64,000 nt of DNA, taken from the NCBI GenBank assembly GCA_963777605.1, contig CAVZRV010000035.1, forward strand, positions 192,001 to 256,000, in the 5' to 3' direction. Position numbers and translations under genes: made by a program. The notes beneath the pieces are model-generated. The model was not told where the DNA came from and made no database searches. It was given only the letters and a program-made list of their open reading frames with translations. The DNA comes from an uncultured Acidobacteriota bacterium. Lineage in GTDB: Bacteria > Acidobacteriota > UBA6911 > RPQK01 > JAPXNP01. The first letter of the stretch is position 1. The number at the start of each line of letters is the position of its first letter. Of the stretch, positions 1 to 9,841 are shown in pieces.

Positions 1-1
1 T

Positions 2-637
2 ATTCGGAGGAACCAGGAGAGCACAGGACAGTCCGAGTGCCCCCTCGGACATGGCCTCCCTGACCAGGCGTCGCATCTCAACCATTTCGGTCGGTGTTGG
101 CTCGCGGCTTTCCTCTCCCAGCACACAGAGGCGAACCTGCGTTGCCCCAACGAACGAAGCTACGTTGAGCGAGACGCCCTGGCGCTGCAGCCGGTCGAAG
201 TACTCGCCCAGGGTGCTCCAATCCACCTGGAGTCCGTAGGGTGCCGTCCGCGGCGCCCTACCCGCGATCGGTCCGGCCGAAAGCGACTCTCCCAGCACTT
301 CAGTAGTGACTCCCTGTCGAACCTTGCTCTGTGCCGTCCCGTCGACCAGGAGGGAGTAGTCGGAATGCGTGTGCACGTCTATGAAGCCGGGGCTGACGAT
401 CAGGCCCGCCGCGTCGATCCGGCGGCCGGCAGCGGCTTTCTCCTCGGGCGAAATCGAGCCGATTCGGGCAATCGTATCGCCGACCACACCGACATCGGCC
501 TGGAAGCGTTCCGCTCCCGTCCCGTCGACAACTTGCCCGTTCTCAATGACGATGTCAAACTTCTGGGCCCCGGGTGGGCTCCCGCACCCATAAAGGAACA
601 AACTCGCCAAGACAATCCCGATCAGATTTCGCATCAT
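2..637 (-). CDS. N-acyl-D-amino acid deacylase (D-aminoacylase) family amidohydrolase, probable lipoprotein; runs off the window edge
   Basis: Not in the ORF track. Manual translation: MMRNLIGIVLASLFLYGC...FDIVIENGQVVDGTG...ADVGVVGDTIARIG...IDAAGLIVSPGFIDVHTHSD...KVRQGVTTEVLGES. HxH metal motif, lipobox LYGC, purine-rich RBS upstream. Confidence 0.88.
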   Translation of the reverse strand, partial: MMRNLIGIVLASLFLYGCGSPPGAQKFDIVIENGQVVDGTGAERFQADVGVVGDTIARIGSISPEEKAAAGRRIDAAGLIVSPGFIDVHTHSDYSLLVDGTAQSKVRQGVTTEVLGESLSAGPIAGRAPRTAPYGLQVDWSTLGEYFDRLQRQGVSLNVASFVGATQVRLCVLGEESREPTPTEMVEMRRLVREAMSEGALGLSCALLVPPN

Positions 638-811
638 GCCACCTCCCCTCCAGACGATTATTCACAATCTCATGAACCACGAGAAATATCTATGATCGAC
701 GATTTTGGGATTTGTGATTTCCCGAGAACTACGTCTGGTGGTTTCTGAATGGGGTTCAGGGGGTAAGATTCTTCTTGATCGCCGGTCCCGAGTGCGACAC
801 CATTCCTTCTG

Positions 812-1495
812 ATGAAAAGAACACCGCGGTTTCGCTTGTCGCGCCTGTCCATTACCTGCATCCTGGCCGGAATCACCTGTAGCGTGGTGGCCGGTTTTGG
901 ACCGCTCTCGGTGAGTCAAAGTCCCGCTGTCGAACCGGGGTTCACCGCGATCTTTGATGGCAAGACTCTGAGCGGATGGGAGGGTGACCCGAACTACTTT
1001 CGGGTCGAGGACGGCGCCATCGTGGCCGGTTCGCTCGAGCGCGCGACACCGGAGAATCAATTCATCAGTTCGACTGGATCCTACGGTGACTTCGAGCTTC
1101 GTCTCTCCTTCAAGCTGCTGGGCGACCCCGCCCACGCTAACGCGGGAATCCAGTTTCGAAGCAGCCGGGTTCCCGACAGCAATGAAATGAGCGGCTACCA
1201 GGCCGACATCGGACAAACCTACTGGGGATGCCTGTACGACGAGTCACGCCGCAACCGGACCCTGGTCCAGGCCGACCAGGACGCGGTCAACCCGGTCTTG
1301 CGCCGGGACGGCTGGAATGATTATGTCATCCGCTGCCAGGGCCGGCACATCCAGCTCTGGCTGAACGGGGTGCAGACAGTGGATTACACCGAGCAGGATA
1401 GCGGAATTGCCGAAAGCGGCATGATCGGCCTCCAGGTCCACCAGGGCCCCCCGTCAAAAGTCTTCTACCGCAACATCCGCATCCGAAAGCTGTAG
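812..1495 (+). CDS. DUF1080 (3-keto-disaccharide hydrolase family) secreted protein
   Basis: Signal peptide; IFDGKTLSGWEG, YGDFELRLSFK, NAGIQFRS, GYQADIG, GMIGLQVH, FYRNIRIRKL are typical DUF1080 motifs. Confidence 0.9.
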   Translation: MKRTPRFRLSRLSITCILAGITCSVVAGFGPLSVSQSPAVEPGFTAIFDGKTLSGWEGDPNYFRVEDGAIVAGSLERATPENQFISSTGSYGDFELRLSFKLLGDPAHANAGIQFRSSRVPDSNEMSGYQADIGQTYWGCLYDESRRNRTLVQADQDAVNPVLRRDGWNDYVIRCQGRHIQLWLNGVQTVDYTEQDSGIAESGMIGLQVHQGPPSKVFYRNIRIRKL

Positions 1496-1498
1496 GGC

Positions 1499-2917
1499 TC
1501 AGGAATCGAGTCCGATGAGGGAGATGATTTTCTGCTTGTCGGCTTCCAGTTTGACCGGCTTGTTGGAGAAACTCGACTCGAGCTTGCCCGATTTCTTGAC
1601 CAGGATGGTCTCGTAAGCTGCCTTTTCGTAGAGGTTGTCCAGGTGATAGTTGACGGTGTAATCCGGGTCTTTCAACTGGTGTCCGGTAAGGACCGCCACA
1701 ATATCCTCGTCTTTGTCGATGGTGATGTCCGCGTCGCCCGATTCGGCCATCTCCATCAACTTCTTAAGACCCGCCACCGTGGTAGCTGATGCCGGCTCGC
1801 AGCCGATCCCATCCCGGCCCAGCACCGCCTTGGCGTCGGCAATCTCCTGTTCGGTGACGACGTCACACCAACCGTCGGTAAACTGGAGCGCGCGGACGGC
1901 TTTCTTCCAGCTGATCGGCCGACCGATCTTGATGGCACTGGCCAGGGTAAAGGCACCTTCAACGGGAACCAGTTCCTGCGAACTCGAAACCAGGGTCCGG
2001 TAGAGGGGGCTGGCCCCGGCAGCCTGGATGATGGTCACCCGAGGAACCTTGTCGATCAGGCCAAGGCTCTTCAGCTCCATCAGTGCCTTTCCATAAGACG
2101 AACTGTTGCCCAGGTTGCCGCCGGGAACCACGATACGGTCGGGAATCTGCCAGTCCAGCTGTTCAAAAAGGCCCAGCATGACGGTCTTCTGCCCCTCGAG
2201 ACGGAACGGGTTCAGGGAGTTCATCAGGTAAAGGTCGGTCTCGTTCGAAATCTCCTGAACCAGCTTCATCGCCACGTCGAAGTCGCCCTTCAACTGGATT
2301 GTCAGGGCGCCGTAATCGAGCGTCTGGGAGAGCTTCCCGTAGGCGATCTGCCCTTCCGGAATGAAGACGACCGGCTTGAGCGGCGTTCGCGCGCAGTACG
2401 CGGCCATCGACGCCGACGTGTTGCCCGTCGATGCACAAGCAACCACCTTCGAGCCCAGCTTCTGCGCCTGGCAAATGGCGGTCGTCATCCCGTAGTCCTT
2501 GAAGGAGCCTGAAGGGTTCCAGCCGAGGTGCTTGACCCGCAGGCGGCTGAACCCGGAGTAGGCCGCTGACCGCGGCGCCTCGAGCAAAGGGGTGTTTCCT
2601 TCTCCGAGCGTAACCACGTGACCATAATCGGCTTCATCAAAGGGGAGCAACTCTCGGTAACGCCAGACTCCGCTGAAATCGAGCGGGTGGTTGCTGGATC
2701 GCCGGGACCAGAAGAGGTCGCGCAGGAACTCCGGGTCGATTTCGGCGGGAAATTCCAGGACGATGTCCAACAGATCGCTGCATACCGGGCACCGGTAGAG
2801 CTTCTCTTCGCAGGAGAAGCTCTTTCCGCACAAGGCGTTGATGCAGCGGAACGTGTAGCGCGATTCTATTCGCTTAAGAGACGTCGAAGATTCTCGATGA
2901 CTTCCGGTGTGTCCCAC
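1499..2917 (-). CDS. thrC: Threonine synthase (start uncertain)
   Basis: N-terminal Cys ribbon, GVWRYRELLP, LGEGNTPL, NPSGSFKDYG (PLP Lys), CASTGNTSAS, PGGNLGN, CEPASA. Confidence 0.92.
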   Translation of the reverse strand: MGHTGSHRESSTSLKRIESRYTFRCINALCGKSFSCEEKLYRCPVCSDLLDIVLEFPAEIDPEFLRDLFWSRRSSNHPLDFSGVWRYRELLPFDEADYGHVVTLGEGNTPLLEAPRSAAYSGFSRLRVKHLGWNPSGSFKDYGMTTAICQAQKLGSKVVACASTGNTSASMAAYCARTPLKPVVFIPEGQIAYGKLSQTLDYGALTIQLKGDFDVAMKLVQEISNETDLYLMNSLNPFRLEGQKTVMLGLFEQLDWQIPDRIVVPGGNLGNSSSYGKALMELKSLGLIDKVPRVTIIQAAGASPLYRTLVSSSQELVPVEGAFTLASAIKIGRPISWKKAVRALQFTDGWCDVVTEQEIADAKAVLGRDGIGCEPASATTVAGLKKLMEMAESGDADITIDKDEDIVAVLTGHQLKDPDYTVNYHLDNLYEKAAYETILVKKSGKLESSFSNKPVKLEADKQKIISLIGLDS

Positions 2918-3408
2918 GGCCGAGCTCCCTGATGAAAGTGAACCAGTCTGCGGTGGCTGTCAAGTAACAGGGTCATCGGTATCGACCAGATCCGCAGCCG
3001 GTCCGCAAGAATTCCTTTTTCGTCGATCAGGATGGTGAAGTCGTAAGGGGCATGGGCCAAGTAGGCACGAACCGTCGCAGGATCTTCATCCGTAATCGCC
3101 AGTATTCGAAAGCTCTCGCGTGAAAGTGCATCCTCGAGGGCTTCCATCGAGGGCATTTCGACTCGGCACGGGCCGCACCAAGTCGCCCAGAAGTTGACTA
3201 GCAGAACCCGCTCGTCAAAATCACTGATCTTCACGGGCTTGCCGTCAACCGTAAGCAGGTCGGCAGAAAGGTCAACCTCGACCCGCTGCTCCGGTCTTAG
3301 CCAGGTCTGCCCGAAAACCGGGGCAATGCAAGAGACGAGGACGAGCGCAAACCCAACAACTACCGGAACCCAGCACTGGGAAACGACCAGATCACGCTTG
3401 AGTCTCAT
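2866..3408 (-). CDS. TlpA-family thiol:disulfide oxidoreductase
   Basis: N-terminal hydrophobic anchor; LVNFWATWCGPCRVEMP; cis-Pro motif SIPMT. Confidence 0.9.
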   Translation of the reverse strand: MRLKRDLVVSQCWVPVVVGFALVLVSCIAPVFGQTWLRPEQRVEVDLSADLLTVDGKPVKISDFDERVLLVNFWATWCGPCRVEMPSMEALEDALSRESFRILAITDEDPATVRAYLAHAPYDFTILIDEKGILADRLRIWSIPMTLLLDSHRRLVHFHQGARPWDTPEVIENLRRLLSE

Positions 3409-3695
3409 CGAAGCCGCGTCATCTTACCACAGGGTTTGAGGGTTTGGGGGTTTCGTTGGAAGCGCCAGCGTTCGCTTCCGTGCGACCTGCCGGGTTTCAC
3501 AGCGAAACCTGTCGCTTCGCGCACTTCAAAGAAACCCTCGGAAACGCACGCGCAAGTTCACCGGACAGCGGAACGAGGAACGCTGAACGTGGACACCCTC
3601 CGGACATCAAGCCCCCAGACACCCAAATCCCAAATCCAAACCGCGACTCCCATTCGACATTCTTCCTCGAGCGAGCCTATGATACTGGCTGGCGC

Positions 3696-4418
3696 ATGAA
3701 GGTAGCTCTTTTTGTCACTTGTTTGGTGGATCAGCTTTACCCGAAGGTTGGGCTCGCGACAGTTGAATTGCTGCGGAGTCTGGGCGCGGAAGTCGTCTTC
3801 GACCGGCGCCAGACCTGTTGCGGGCAACCCGCTTTCAACAGCGGTTACGCGGAAGAGGCGGCGAGGGTTGCCCGGTGCTTCCTCGAAACCTTCCGCGACG
3901 CCGAGATCATCGTGACTCCTTCGGGTTCCTGCGCCACGATGGTCAAGAAGTTCATCCCGGAACTGATGGAGCCCGATTCCGGTGATTTCGCCGTTGCCCG
4001 GGCCGTCGCCGACCGGACCTGGGAGCTCTCGGATTTTCTCGTCAACGTGTTGCAGGTCTCCGACGTCGGGGCCCGCTTCCCGCACACGGTCACTTTTCAC
4101 GATTCCTGCCACCAGCTCAGAGAACTGGGGATCTTCGAGCAGCCCCGACAGCTGATCAGGGCCATAGGTGGCGTCCGTTTCGTGGAGATGACCGACTCGA
4201 CCCGCTGCTGCGGTTTCGGCGGCACCTTCGCAGTGAAGTTTGATGAACTCTCATCGGCCATAGGTGAGGACAAAGTGAACCGGATTCAGGAATCGGGGGC
4301 CGAGGTGGTGGTTGCCAATGACGTCAGCTGCCTGATGCACATCGACGGGTTGCTGCGCCGCCAGAAGGTCCCGGTCCGGACAATGCACCTGGCGGAACTG
4401 TTGACGCAAAAGTCATGA
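3696..4418 (+). CDS. lutA: Lactate utilization protein A (CCG-domain Fe-S protein)
   Basis: Start trimmed to MKVALFVTCLVD; QTCCGQPAFNSG, PSGSC, FHDSCH, CCGFGGTFAVK; first of three lut genes. Confidence 0.9.
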   Translation: MKVALFVTCLVDQLYPKVGLATVELLRSLGAEVVFDRRQTCCGQPAFNSGYAEEAARVARCFLETFRDAEIIVTPSGSCATMVKKFIPELMEPDSGDFAVARAVADRTWELSDFLVNVLQVSDVGARFPHTVTFHDSCHQLRELGIFEQPRQLIRAIGGVRFVEMTDSTRCCGFGGTFAVKFDELSSAIGEDKVNRIQESGAEVVVANDVSCLMHIDGLLRRQKVPVRTMHLAELLTQKS

Positions 4419-5809
4419 TTCGAATCAAACCGAACATCCCGGCAGTACTGGGGAATCCGAAGCTTCAGGCAAACCTAAGGAAGACCCTCTCGAACGCCGG
4501 TCCGGCTCGTCTGGCGTCAATCGCCGACGTGGAGAACTGGGAAGAGCTCCGCAACTACGCCCGAGCCGTCAAACTCCACACTTTGGGTCAGCTCGATCGG
4601 TACCTCCTTCAGCTCGAAGAGAAGATCACTTCGCGGGGAGGTAAAGTCTTTTGGGCCGATTCGGCCCAGGAGGCGACCGACTATGTCGTGGGCCTGGCTC
4701 GAAAGAGCGGGGTCCGCTCGGTCGTCAAGAGTAAGACCATGTTGGGCGAGGAGATTCACCTCAACGAGGCTCTGGAGGCAGCCCAAGTCCAGGTGGTCGA
4801 GACAGACCTCGGAGAGTACATTCAGCAACTCTCGGGAGAACCCCCTTTTCACATCGTGACTCCCGCGTTTCACAAGTCCAAGGAGGAGGTCTCGCAACTC
4901 TTCTCGGAGCTCCTCGGCGCCCCTCCCACTGACGATGTCAGGGAAATGACCCTGACGGCCCGACGGACGCTGCGTGAACGCTTCCTGGAAGCCGACATGG
5001 GAATTTCAGGGGTCAATTTCGGAATCGCCGAAACGGGAACCCTGGTGGTCGTCGAGAACGAAGGGAACGCCCGACTGTCCACCTCGCTGCCCCGAATCCA
5101 CGTTGCCCTGATGGGGATTGAAAAGGTCATTCCGAGAGCCCGCGACCTGGCGGTCTTTCTGAAGCTGCTGACGCGCAGCGCAACGGGACAGAAGATCACA
5201 AGCTACCTCAACCTGATTTCCGGCCCTCGACGGGAGGGAGAGATGGACGGGCCGGAGGAGTTTCACCTCGTCATCGTGGACAATGGCCGCAGTTCGATCC
5301 TCCAGGATGAGTTTCTCGGCCAGACCCTGGCCTGCATCCGCTGCGGCGCCTGCCTGAACAGCTGCCCCGTCTACCAGCGGATTGGCGGTCATGCTTACTC
5401 CTCCGTCTACCAGGGCCCCATCGGGGCAATCCTGATGCCTCAACTGCTCTCACCCGAGGAGGCACCCGAGCATCCCTTTGCTTCCTCCCTGTGCGGGGCC
5501 TGCCAGGAAGTCTGCCCGGTCAAGATCGAGATACCCCACATCCTCCTCCGCCTGCGTCAGAAGGTGAAGCAGCAGCAAGGTTCAGGACTGGAGCGCCTCG
5601 GCATGCGGACCTGGAGATGGTTCATGACCTCACCGTCCCGCTACCGCTTCGCGACGAAGATCCTCGAGACCGTTTACCCGATGTTCTGGAGGAAGGGCCA
5701 GATTCGCCCGGCTCTGCCACCCATCTCGCTGTGGCAAAAGAAACGGGACCTGCCGGAGGTGCCCCGTCGCAGTTTCAGGGACCTCTTCGACAGTTCGAAC
5801 AAGGGATAA
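4415..5809 (+). CDS. lutB: Lactate utilization protein B (Fe-S protein)
   Basis: VKSKTM, ETDLGEYIQQL, ENEGNARL, CIRCGACLNSCPVY, SSLCGACQEVCPVKI; ATGA overlap with lutA. Confidence 0.92.
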   Translation: MIRIKPNIPAVLGNPKLQANLRKTLSNAGPARLASIADVENWEELRNYARAVKLHTLGQLDRYLLQLEEKITSRGGKVFWADSAQEATDYVVGLARKSGVRSVVKSKTMLGEEIHLNEALEAAQVQVVETDLGEYIQQLSGEPPFHIVTPAFHKSKEEVSQLFSELLGAPPTDDVREMTLTARRTLRERFLEADMGISGVNFGIAETGTLVVVENEGNARLSTSLPRIHVALMGIEKVIPRARDLAVFLKLLTRSATGQKITSYLNLISGPRREGEMDGPEEFHLVIVDNGRSSILQDEFLGQTLACIRCGACLNSCPVYQRIGGHAYSSVYQGPIGAILMPQLLSPEEAPEHPFASSLCGACQEVCPVKIEIPHILLRLRQKVKQQQGSGLERLGMRTWRWFMTSPSRYRFATKILETVYPMFWRKGQIRPALPPISLWQKKRDLPEVPRRSFRDLFDSSNKG

Positions 5810-5815
5810 CCGTCC

Positions 5816-6493
5816 ATGTCGCGTCAACACATACTGGAGAAAATCCGACGAAGTCGAAAGAGACAGGTAGAGCTGCCACTTGAGCTTCCTTCCTTCCCGC
5901 GGTACGACAATCCGGTTTCGAACTTCACACTCGAAGCAGAGCGGGTGGGAACACGCGTGCTCGATGGAGATGACCTGGAAGCAGCGCTGACGACGGTCCT
6001 CGCGGAAACCGGGGCCCGGCGACTCTATTGGCAAGGCGAATCGGCGCTCGAGCAACTGGGTGGCAACGTGGAACCTCTCCCGGATGAGCCGGACCCGGGA
6101 TCCCGGCGTCTGGCCTATTCCGACCATCCCGACCAGGTCTGCCGTTTCCCGCTTCGACTGGAATCGGAACCCTATGACCGGGCCAGACTGGCTCTGGCCG
6201 AAGTGTCCGTAGGAAAGGCTGACTGGGGTATTGCGGAAACCGGCACTGCCACTGAAAGCACCCAGCGGGCGGGCGGCCGGGTTCTCCCCATCCTGGCCCC
6301 CAACCATGTACAGATCCTCTCCCGCTCCCAGATCCAGATGAACGTGGCCGAGTTTCTGAGCACAATCACACTCAGCGTCGAGGAGAGCGCCCGCATCCTG
6401 ATGACCGGGCCGAGCCGTACGGCCGACATCGAAAAGATCCTCATACTGGGCGTTCACGGACCGCGGCAGCTCTACGTGATTCTCGTCCCCTAA
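5816..6493 (+). CDS. lutC: Lactate utilization protein C (LUD domain)
   Basis: GIAETGT and TGPSRTADIEKILILGVHGP; position after lutB. Confidence 0.88.
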   Translation: MSRQHILEKIRRSRKRQVELPLELPSFPRYDNPVSNFTLEAERVGTRVLDGDDLEAALTTVLAETGARRLYWQGESALEQLGGNVEPLPDEPDPGSRRLAYSDHPDQVCRFPLRLESEPYDRARLALAEVSVGKADWGIAETGTATESTQRAGGRVLPILAPNHVQILSRSQIQMNVAEFLSTITLSVEESARILMTGPSRTADIEKILILGVHGPRQLYVILVP

Positions 6494-6537
6494 TGTCCTG
6501 TCACTAGCAACCTGCAGTAAACTGTTGCACGGATTTC

Positions 6538-6942
6538 ATGTACCGGATTACGAAACGATTTCACTTTTGCTACGGCCACCGGCTGCTCAATTACGCTGGC
6601 CCCTGTGCGCATCCCCACGGCCACAACGGGTTGGTTGAGGTCGATCTGGAGAGCCCCGACCTGGATGACCAGGGCATGGTCTGGGACTTCGGGAAAATCT
6701 CCTCCCGCCTCAAGGACTTCATCAACGATTGCCTCGATCACCAGATGATTCTCCGCTCGGACGATCCCCTTGCCGCCGTCCTGAAAGAGATGGGAGAGCC
6801 GGTCTACCTGCTCGATTCCAATCCGACTGCCGAAAACCTGGCCCGGTTGATCTTCGAAGAAGGCCTCCGCAGAGGAATCCCGGTTAAGGCGGTCCGCCTT
6901 TGGGAGACTCCCCGCAATTGCGCCGAATACCGGGGAGCGTGA
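6538..6942 (+). CDS. queD: 6-carboxytetrahydropterin synthase / PTPS family
   Basis: FCYGHRL, CAHPHGHN, GMVWDF, LDHQMI, PTAENLA, VRLWETP. Confidence 0.9.
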   Translation: MYRITKRFHFCYGHRLLNYAGPCAHPHGHNGLVEVDLESPDLDDQGMVWDFGKISSRLKDFINDCLDHQMILRSDDPLAAVLKEMGEPVYLLDSNPTAENLARLIFEEGLRRGIPVKAVRLWETPRNCAEYRGA

Positions 6943-7086
6943 GAGCCGGGTTTCGGGTAACAAGTCTCCCGGTTCAACGTTCCGGGGGCCGGCGTGCGGT
7001 TGGAACCACCTGGGTTGCGGCTGATTTTCGGGAAGTCCGTAAACGCTCTGCGCTGTCGTTCCCTGAAACCTTGAACGCTGAACCCC

Positions 7087-9759
7087 TTATAGCAGCGCCT
7101 CGACCGCTTCCCGCAAGCGGCTGTTGAAGGCATCGACCGACTCTCCCGAATTCGGCTTCAGGGGCTTCCCGTAATGAATCCGGATCGGGAGAAAGCTGAT
7201 CTTGTTGGACCCTCTCCTCCAGACTTCAAAGGATCCGCGGATCCCCACGGGGACCACCGGCACGCCGATCTGAGTAGCCAGGATAGCCGGCCCCTTCCGG
7301 AAAGGCTTCAAGGTTCCATCAATGGAACGCTCCCCCTCCGGAAAGACCATTAAAACGAGATCGTTCCGCAACCCTTCAGCCGCAAGCCGCAGGGTCTGTT
7401 TGAGGTCCCGGTCCGGATTGACGGGGAGAGTCCGCACGATTCCGCCGAGGAAACCGGTCAGGCCCCCGGAGAAGTAGTCCGAATACCCCAGCGAATAGAA
7501 CCGCCGGACGATGCGGTTGGGCAAAAGGCAGATGACAATGAAGGCATCCAGGAAGCTGAGGTGGTTGGGACAAAGCATGAAAGGATACTCTTCGGGAAGG
7601 TTCTCCAGCCCTTCTCCCTTCAGCTTGAAACAGAGCTTGCTGATCAGCCGGATCGTGATTGCCACCAGAATGACCAAAGGTTCTACAAACGGACGTCTCT
7701 TCAGCAGGCGCAGATATTCTTTCGGAGTATCCTCTCCGAGCGGTTCGTCCAAAAAGTCCGACCAGCTTCGCTTCTCACCCTCCCCGTCACCCGGCTCGTC
7801 GAGCCGGTTTTTGACCCGGTCAAAGACATCCCGGAGCGTAAAAAGCTGAGCAGCCTCCTCGTCAGGGATCGAAATCTGGTAAGCCTCGTGAACCGAGGAG
7901 AGAAACTCCACTCTCTCCAGTGAATCGAGACCAATGTCCAGTTCGAGGTTCATTTCCGGATTAAGGCCGGTGGCCGCTTTGACCTCCTGCAAAAGAGCCG
8001 TTACTCGAGTTTCCACCTCGTCTTCGGGGCTCCAGGCTTCGACCGCTGCAGTGCCCTCCGGGGCACCGCTTCGCAGGCGCTGCTCGACGTCGAAGCGCTT
8101 GATCTTACGTGTCGGCGTCCTCGGAAGCGGCTCCTGCCAGATCTCGAAGGTGCGCATCCTCTTGTAGGGGGGAAGCTGCTGGGAAAGTGTCTCGGTCAGG
8201 TAGCGGATCATGTGATAGGCATTGACGACCTGCTGGCGCTTCATTTCGTCGAAATCGGGCACGATCACGGCATGGAGTCGTTCCCCTTCATGACCCGTAT
8301 CGTCCTGCACCCCGATGACGCACATTTCCTTGATCAGCGGGCAGTTGGACTGGTAGAAGTGCTCGATTTCTTCAGGATAGATGTTCTTTCCCGAACTGAG
8401 CACGATCACCTCTTTGGCGCGGCCGGTGATGTACAAGAACCCGTCCGTGTCGAAATAGCCCAGGTCGCCGGTGCGAAGCCAGCCCTCGTCGTCGAAGGCC
8501 TCCCGGGTTGCTTCCGGGTTCCGGAAGTACTCCGGAGTGACACTCTCCCCCCGAATCAGAACGTGGCCGACGCCGTGTTCATCGGGTTGATCGATCTTGA
8601 CCTCGGTGTGCGGCAGAGGCCGTCCGACCGAGCCGATCCCTTCCAGAGTGACCGGGGTGACCGTAGTGAGCGCGGCGGTTTCCGTCATCCCGTAGGCCTG
8701 GAGGACGTCGAAACCCAGATCGGTCAGCGACCAGGCCACCGCCGGATCGAAACGTGCCCCCCCGACTCCGAAGTAGCGCAAGTGTTCTCCGAACTGGGTG
8801 TGCAGTTTCCGGAAGAAGACCTTGCCCGGGTTGAATCCCAGGCGGACCCGGCTGAAGTGGGAAACCCGAAGCAGCAGGTTGAAAACCATCCGCTGCAGGG
8901 AGCCAAGGTGTTCAATCTCGGACATGATCCGGCGATGCAGGAGGTAGAAGAACTGGGGCACGCAAACGAAAATCGTGATCCCCTCTTCGCGAAACACGCG
9001 CAGGATCCGCTGGGCATCGATCACATCGAGAAACGTCGTCCGGGCCCCGCAGTGGAGCGGAACGATGAAATTCACGATCAGAGCGAGCACGTGGTAGAGC
9101 GGAAGAACGCCCAGGAAGTGGTCCCTCTCGGTCACGTGAATCAGCTTGAGCGTATCGATGACATTTCGATAGAGGTTTCGCCCAGTGAGCACGACCCCCT
9201 TTGGCTCACCCGTCGTCCCACTGGTGTAGAGGATCACATGAGGTTCGTCGATGTCCCGCGCCACGAGCGGAAGCGGGATCTCGGAGGCCTGTCCGGCAAC
9301 GACCACCTGGTTCCACTCCGGGTAACGCCCCTCCGCGGACCCAACAACCAGGACAGGCAGCGGTGCCGGAAGAAGTTCCTGGATCTGGTCCAGCACGGGG
9401 AGCAGCTTCTCCGAGGCAAAAAGAAAGCTGCACCGCGCGTGGGCGATCAGCTTGGCAAGGGTTTCGGGCGTATGGAGGACATCCAGGGGCACCACCACAG
9501 CTCCGGCACTCTGGGTCGCCAGGAATGCAATCCCCCAGCGTGGGTGGTTCTCGATGACCAGTCCCACTGAAGACGCCGGACCAACGCCCTGGTCCTGGAG
9601 GTGCCGGCTGACCTGGCGGACTTCCTCCCCCACCTGCTGGAAAGTGATGGTCTCGGCTCCGCTCCGCGTGATGTTCTTGAACGCCACCTGCTCCGGAACG
9701 CGGTCGAGAACCAATCTAAACTGCTCAAAAAAATCGTAATCAAATTTGGAATAATTCAA
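7087..9759 (-). CDS. Long-chain acyl-CoA/AMP ligase fused to a carrier (PP-binding) domain and a PlsC-type acyltransferase
   Basis: YTSGTTGEPKG, YGMTET, WLRTGDLG, LPRTPTRKIKR; carrier motif DIGLDSL; acyltransferase NHLSFLD and FPEGERS. Confidence 0.88.
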   Translation of the reverse strand: MNYSKFDYDFFEQFRLVLDRVPEQVAFKNITRSGAETITFQQVGEEVRQVSRHLQDQGVGPASSVGLVIENHPRWGIAFLATQSAGAVVVPLDVLHTPETLAKLIAHARCSFLFASEKLLPVLDQIQELLPAPLPVLVVGSAEGRYPEWNQVVVAGQASEIPLPLVARDIDEPHVILYTSGTTGEPKGVVLTGRNLYRNVIDTLKLIHVTERDHFLGVLPLYHVLALIVNFIVPLHCGARTTFLDVIDAQRILRVFREEGITIFVCVPQFFYLLHRRIMSEIEHLGSLQRMVFNLLLRVSHFSRVRLGFNPGKVFFRKLHTQFGEHLRYFGVGGARFDPAVAWSLTDLGFDVLQAYGMTETAALTTVTPVTLEGIGSVGRPLPHTEVKIDQPDEHGVGHVLIRGESVTPEYFRNPEATREAFDDEGWLRTGDLGYFDTDGFLYITGRAKEVIVLSSGKNIYPEEIEHFYQSNCPLIKEMCVIGVQDDTGHEGERLHAVIVPDFDEMKRQQVVNAYHMIRYLTETLSQQLPPYKRMRTFEIWQEPLPRTPTRKIKRFDVEQRLRSGAPEGTAAVEAWSPEDEVETRVTALLQEVKAATGLNPEMNLELDIGLDSLERVEFLSSVHEAYQISIPDEEAAQLFTLRDVFDRVKNRLDEPGDGEGEKRSWSDFLDEPLGEDTPKEYLRLLKRRPFVEPLVILVAITIRLISKLCFKLKGEGLENLPEEYPFMLCPNHLSFLDAFIVICLLPNRIVRRFYSLGYSDYFSGGLTGFLGGIVRTLPVNPDRDLKQTLRLAAEGLRNDLVLMVFPEGERSIDGTLKPFRKGPAILATQIGVPVVPVGIRGSFEVWRRGSNKISFLPIRIHYGKPLKPNSGESVDAFNSRLREAVEALL

Positions 9760-9841
9760 ATCACTCGACCTTCGGGAAATTGAGGTAGGCGCTATTATAG
9801 CGACTCAGTTCCCGAATCACCCGGATGATAAGATCATTTTG

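Noticed and set aside
3444-3695. Extended N-termini in the ORF track for lutA (also ctaB, the SDR, mazG, rodA, GH31 and the BY-kinase)
   Set aside because: The extensions cross intergenic repeats or neighbouring genes; downstream starts match family N-termini and RBS positions.
6494-6537. preQ1 riboswitch before queD
   Set aside because: Only a short GCAAC...GTTGC stem; the A-rich tail and conserved loop are missing.
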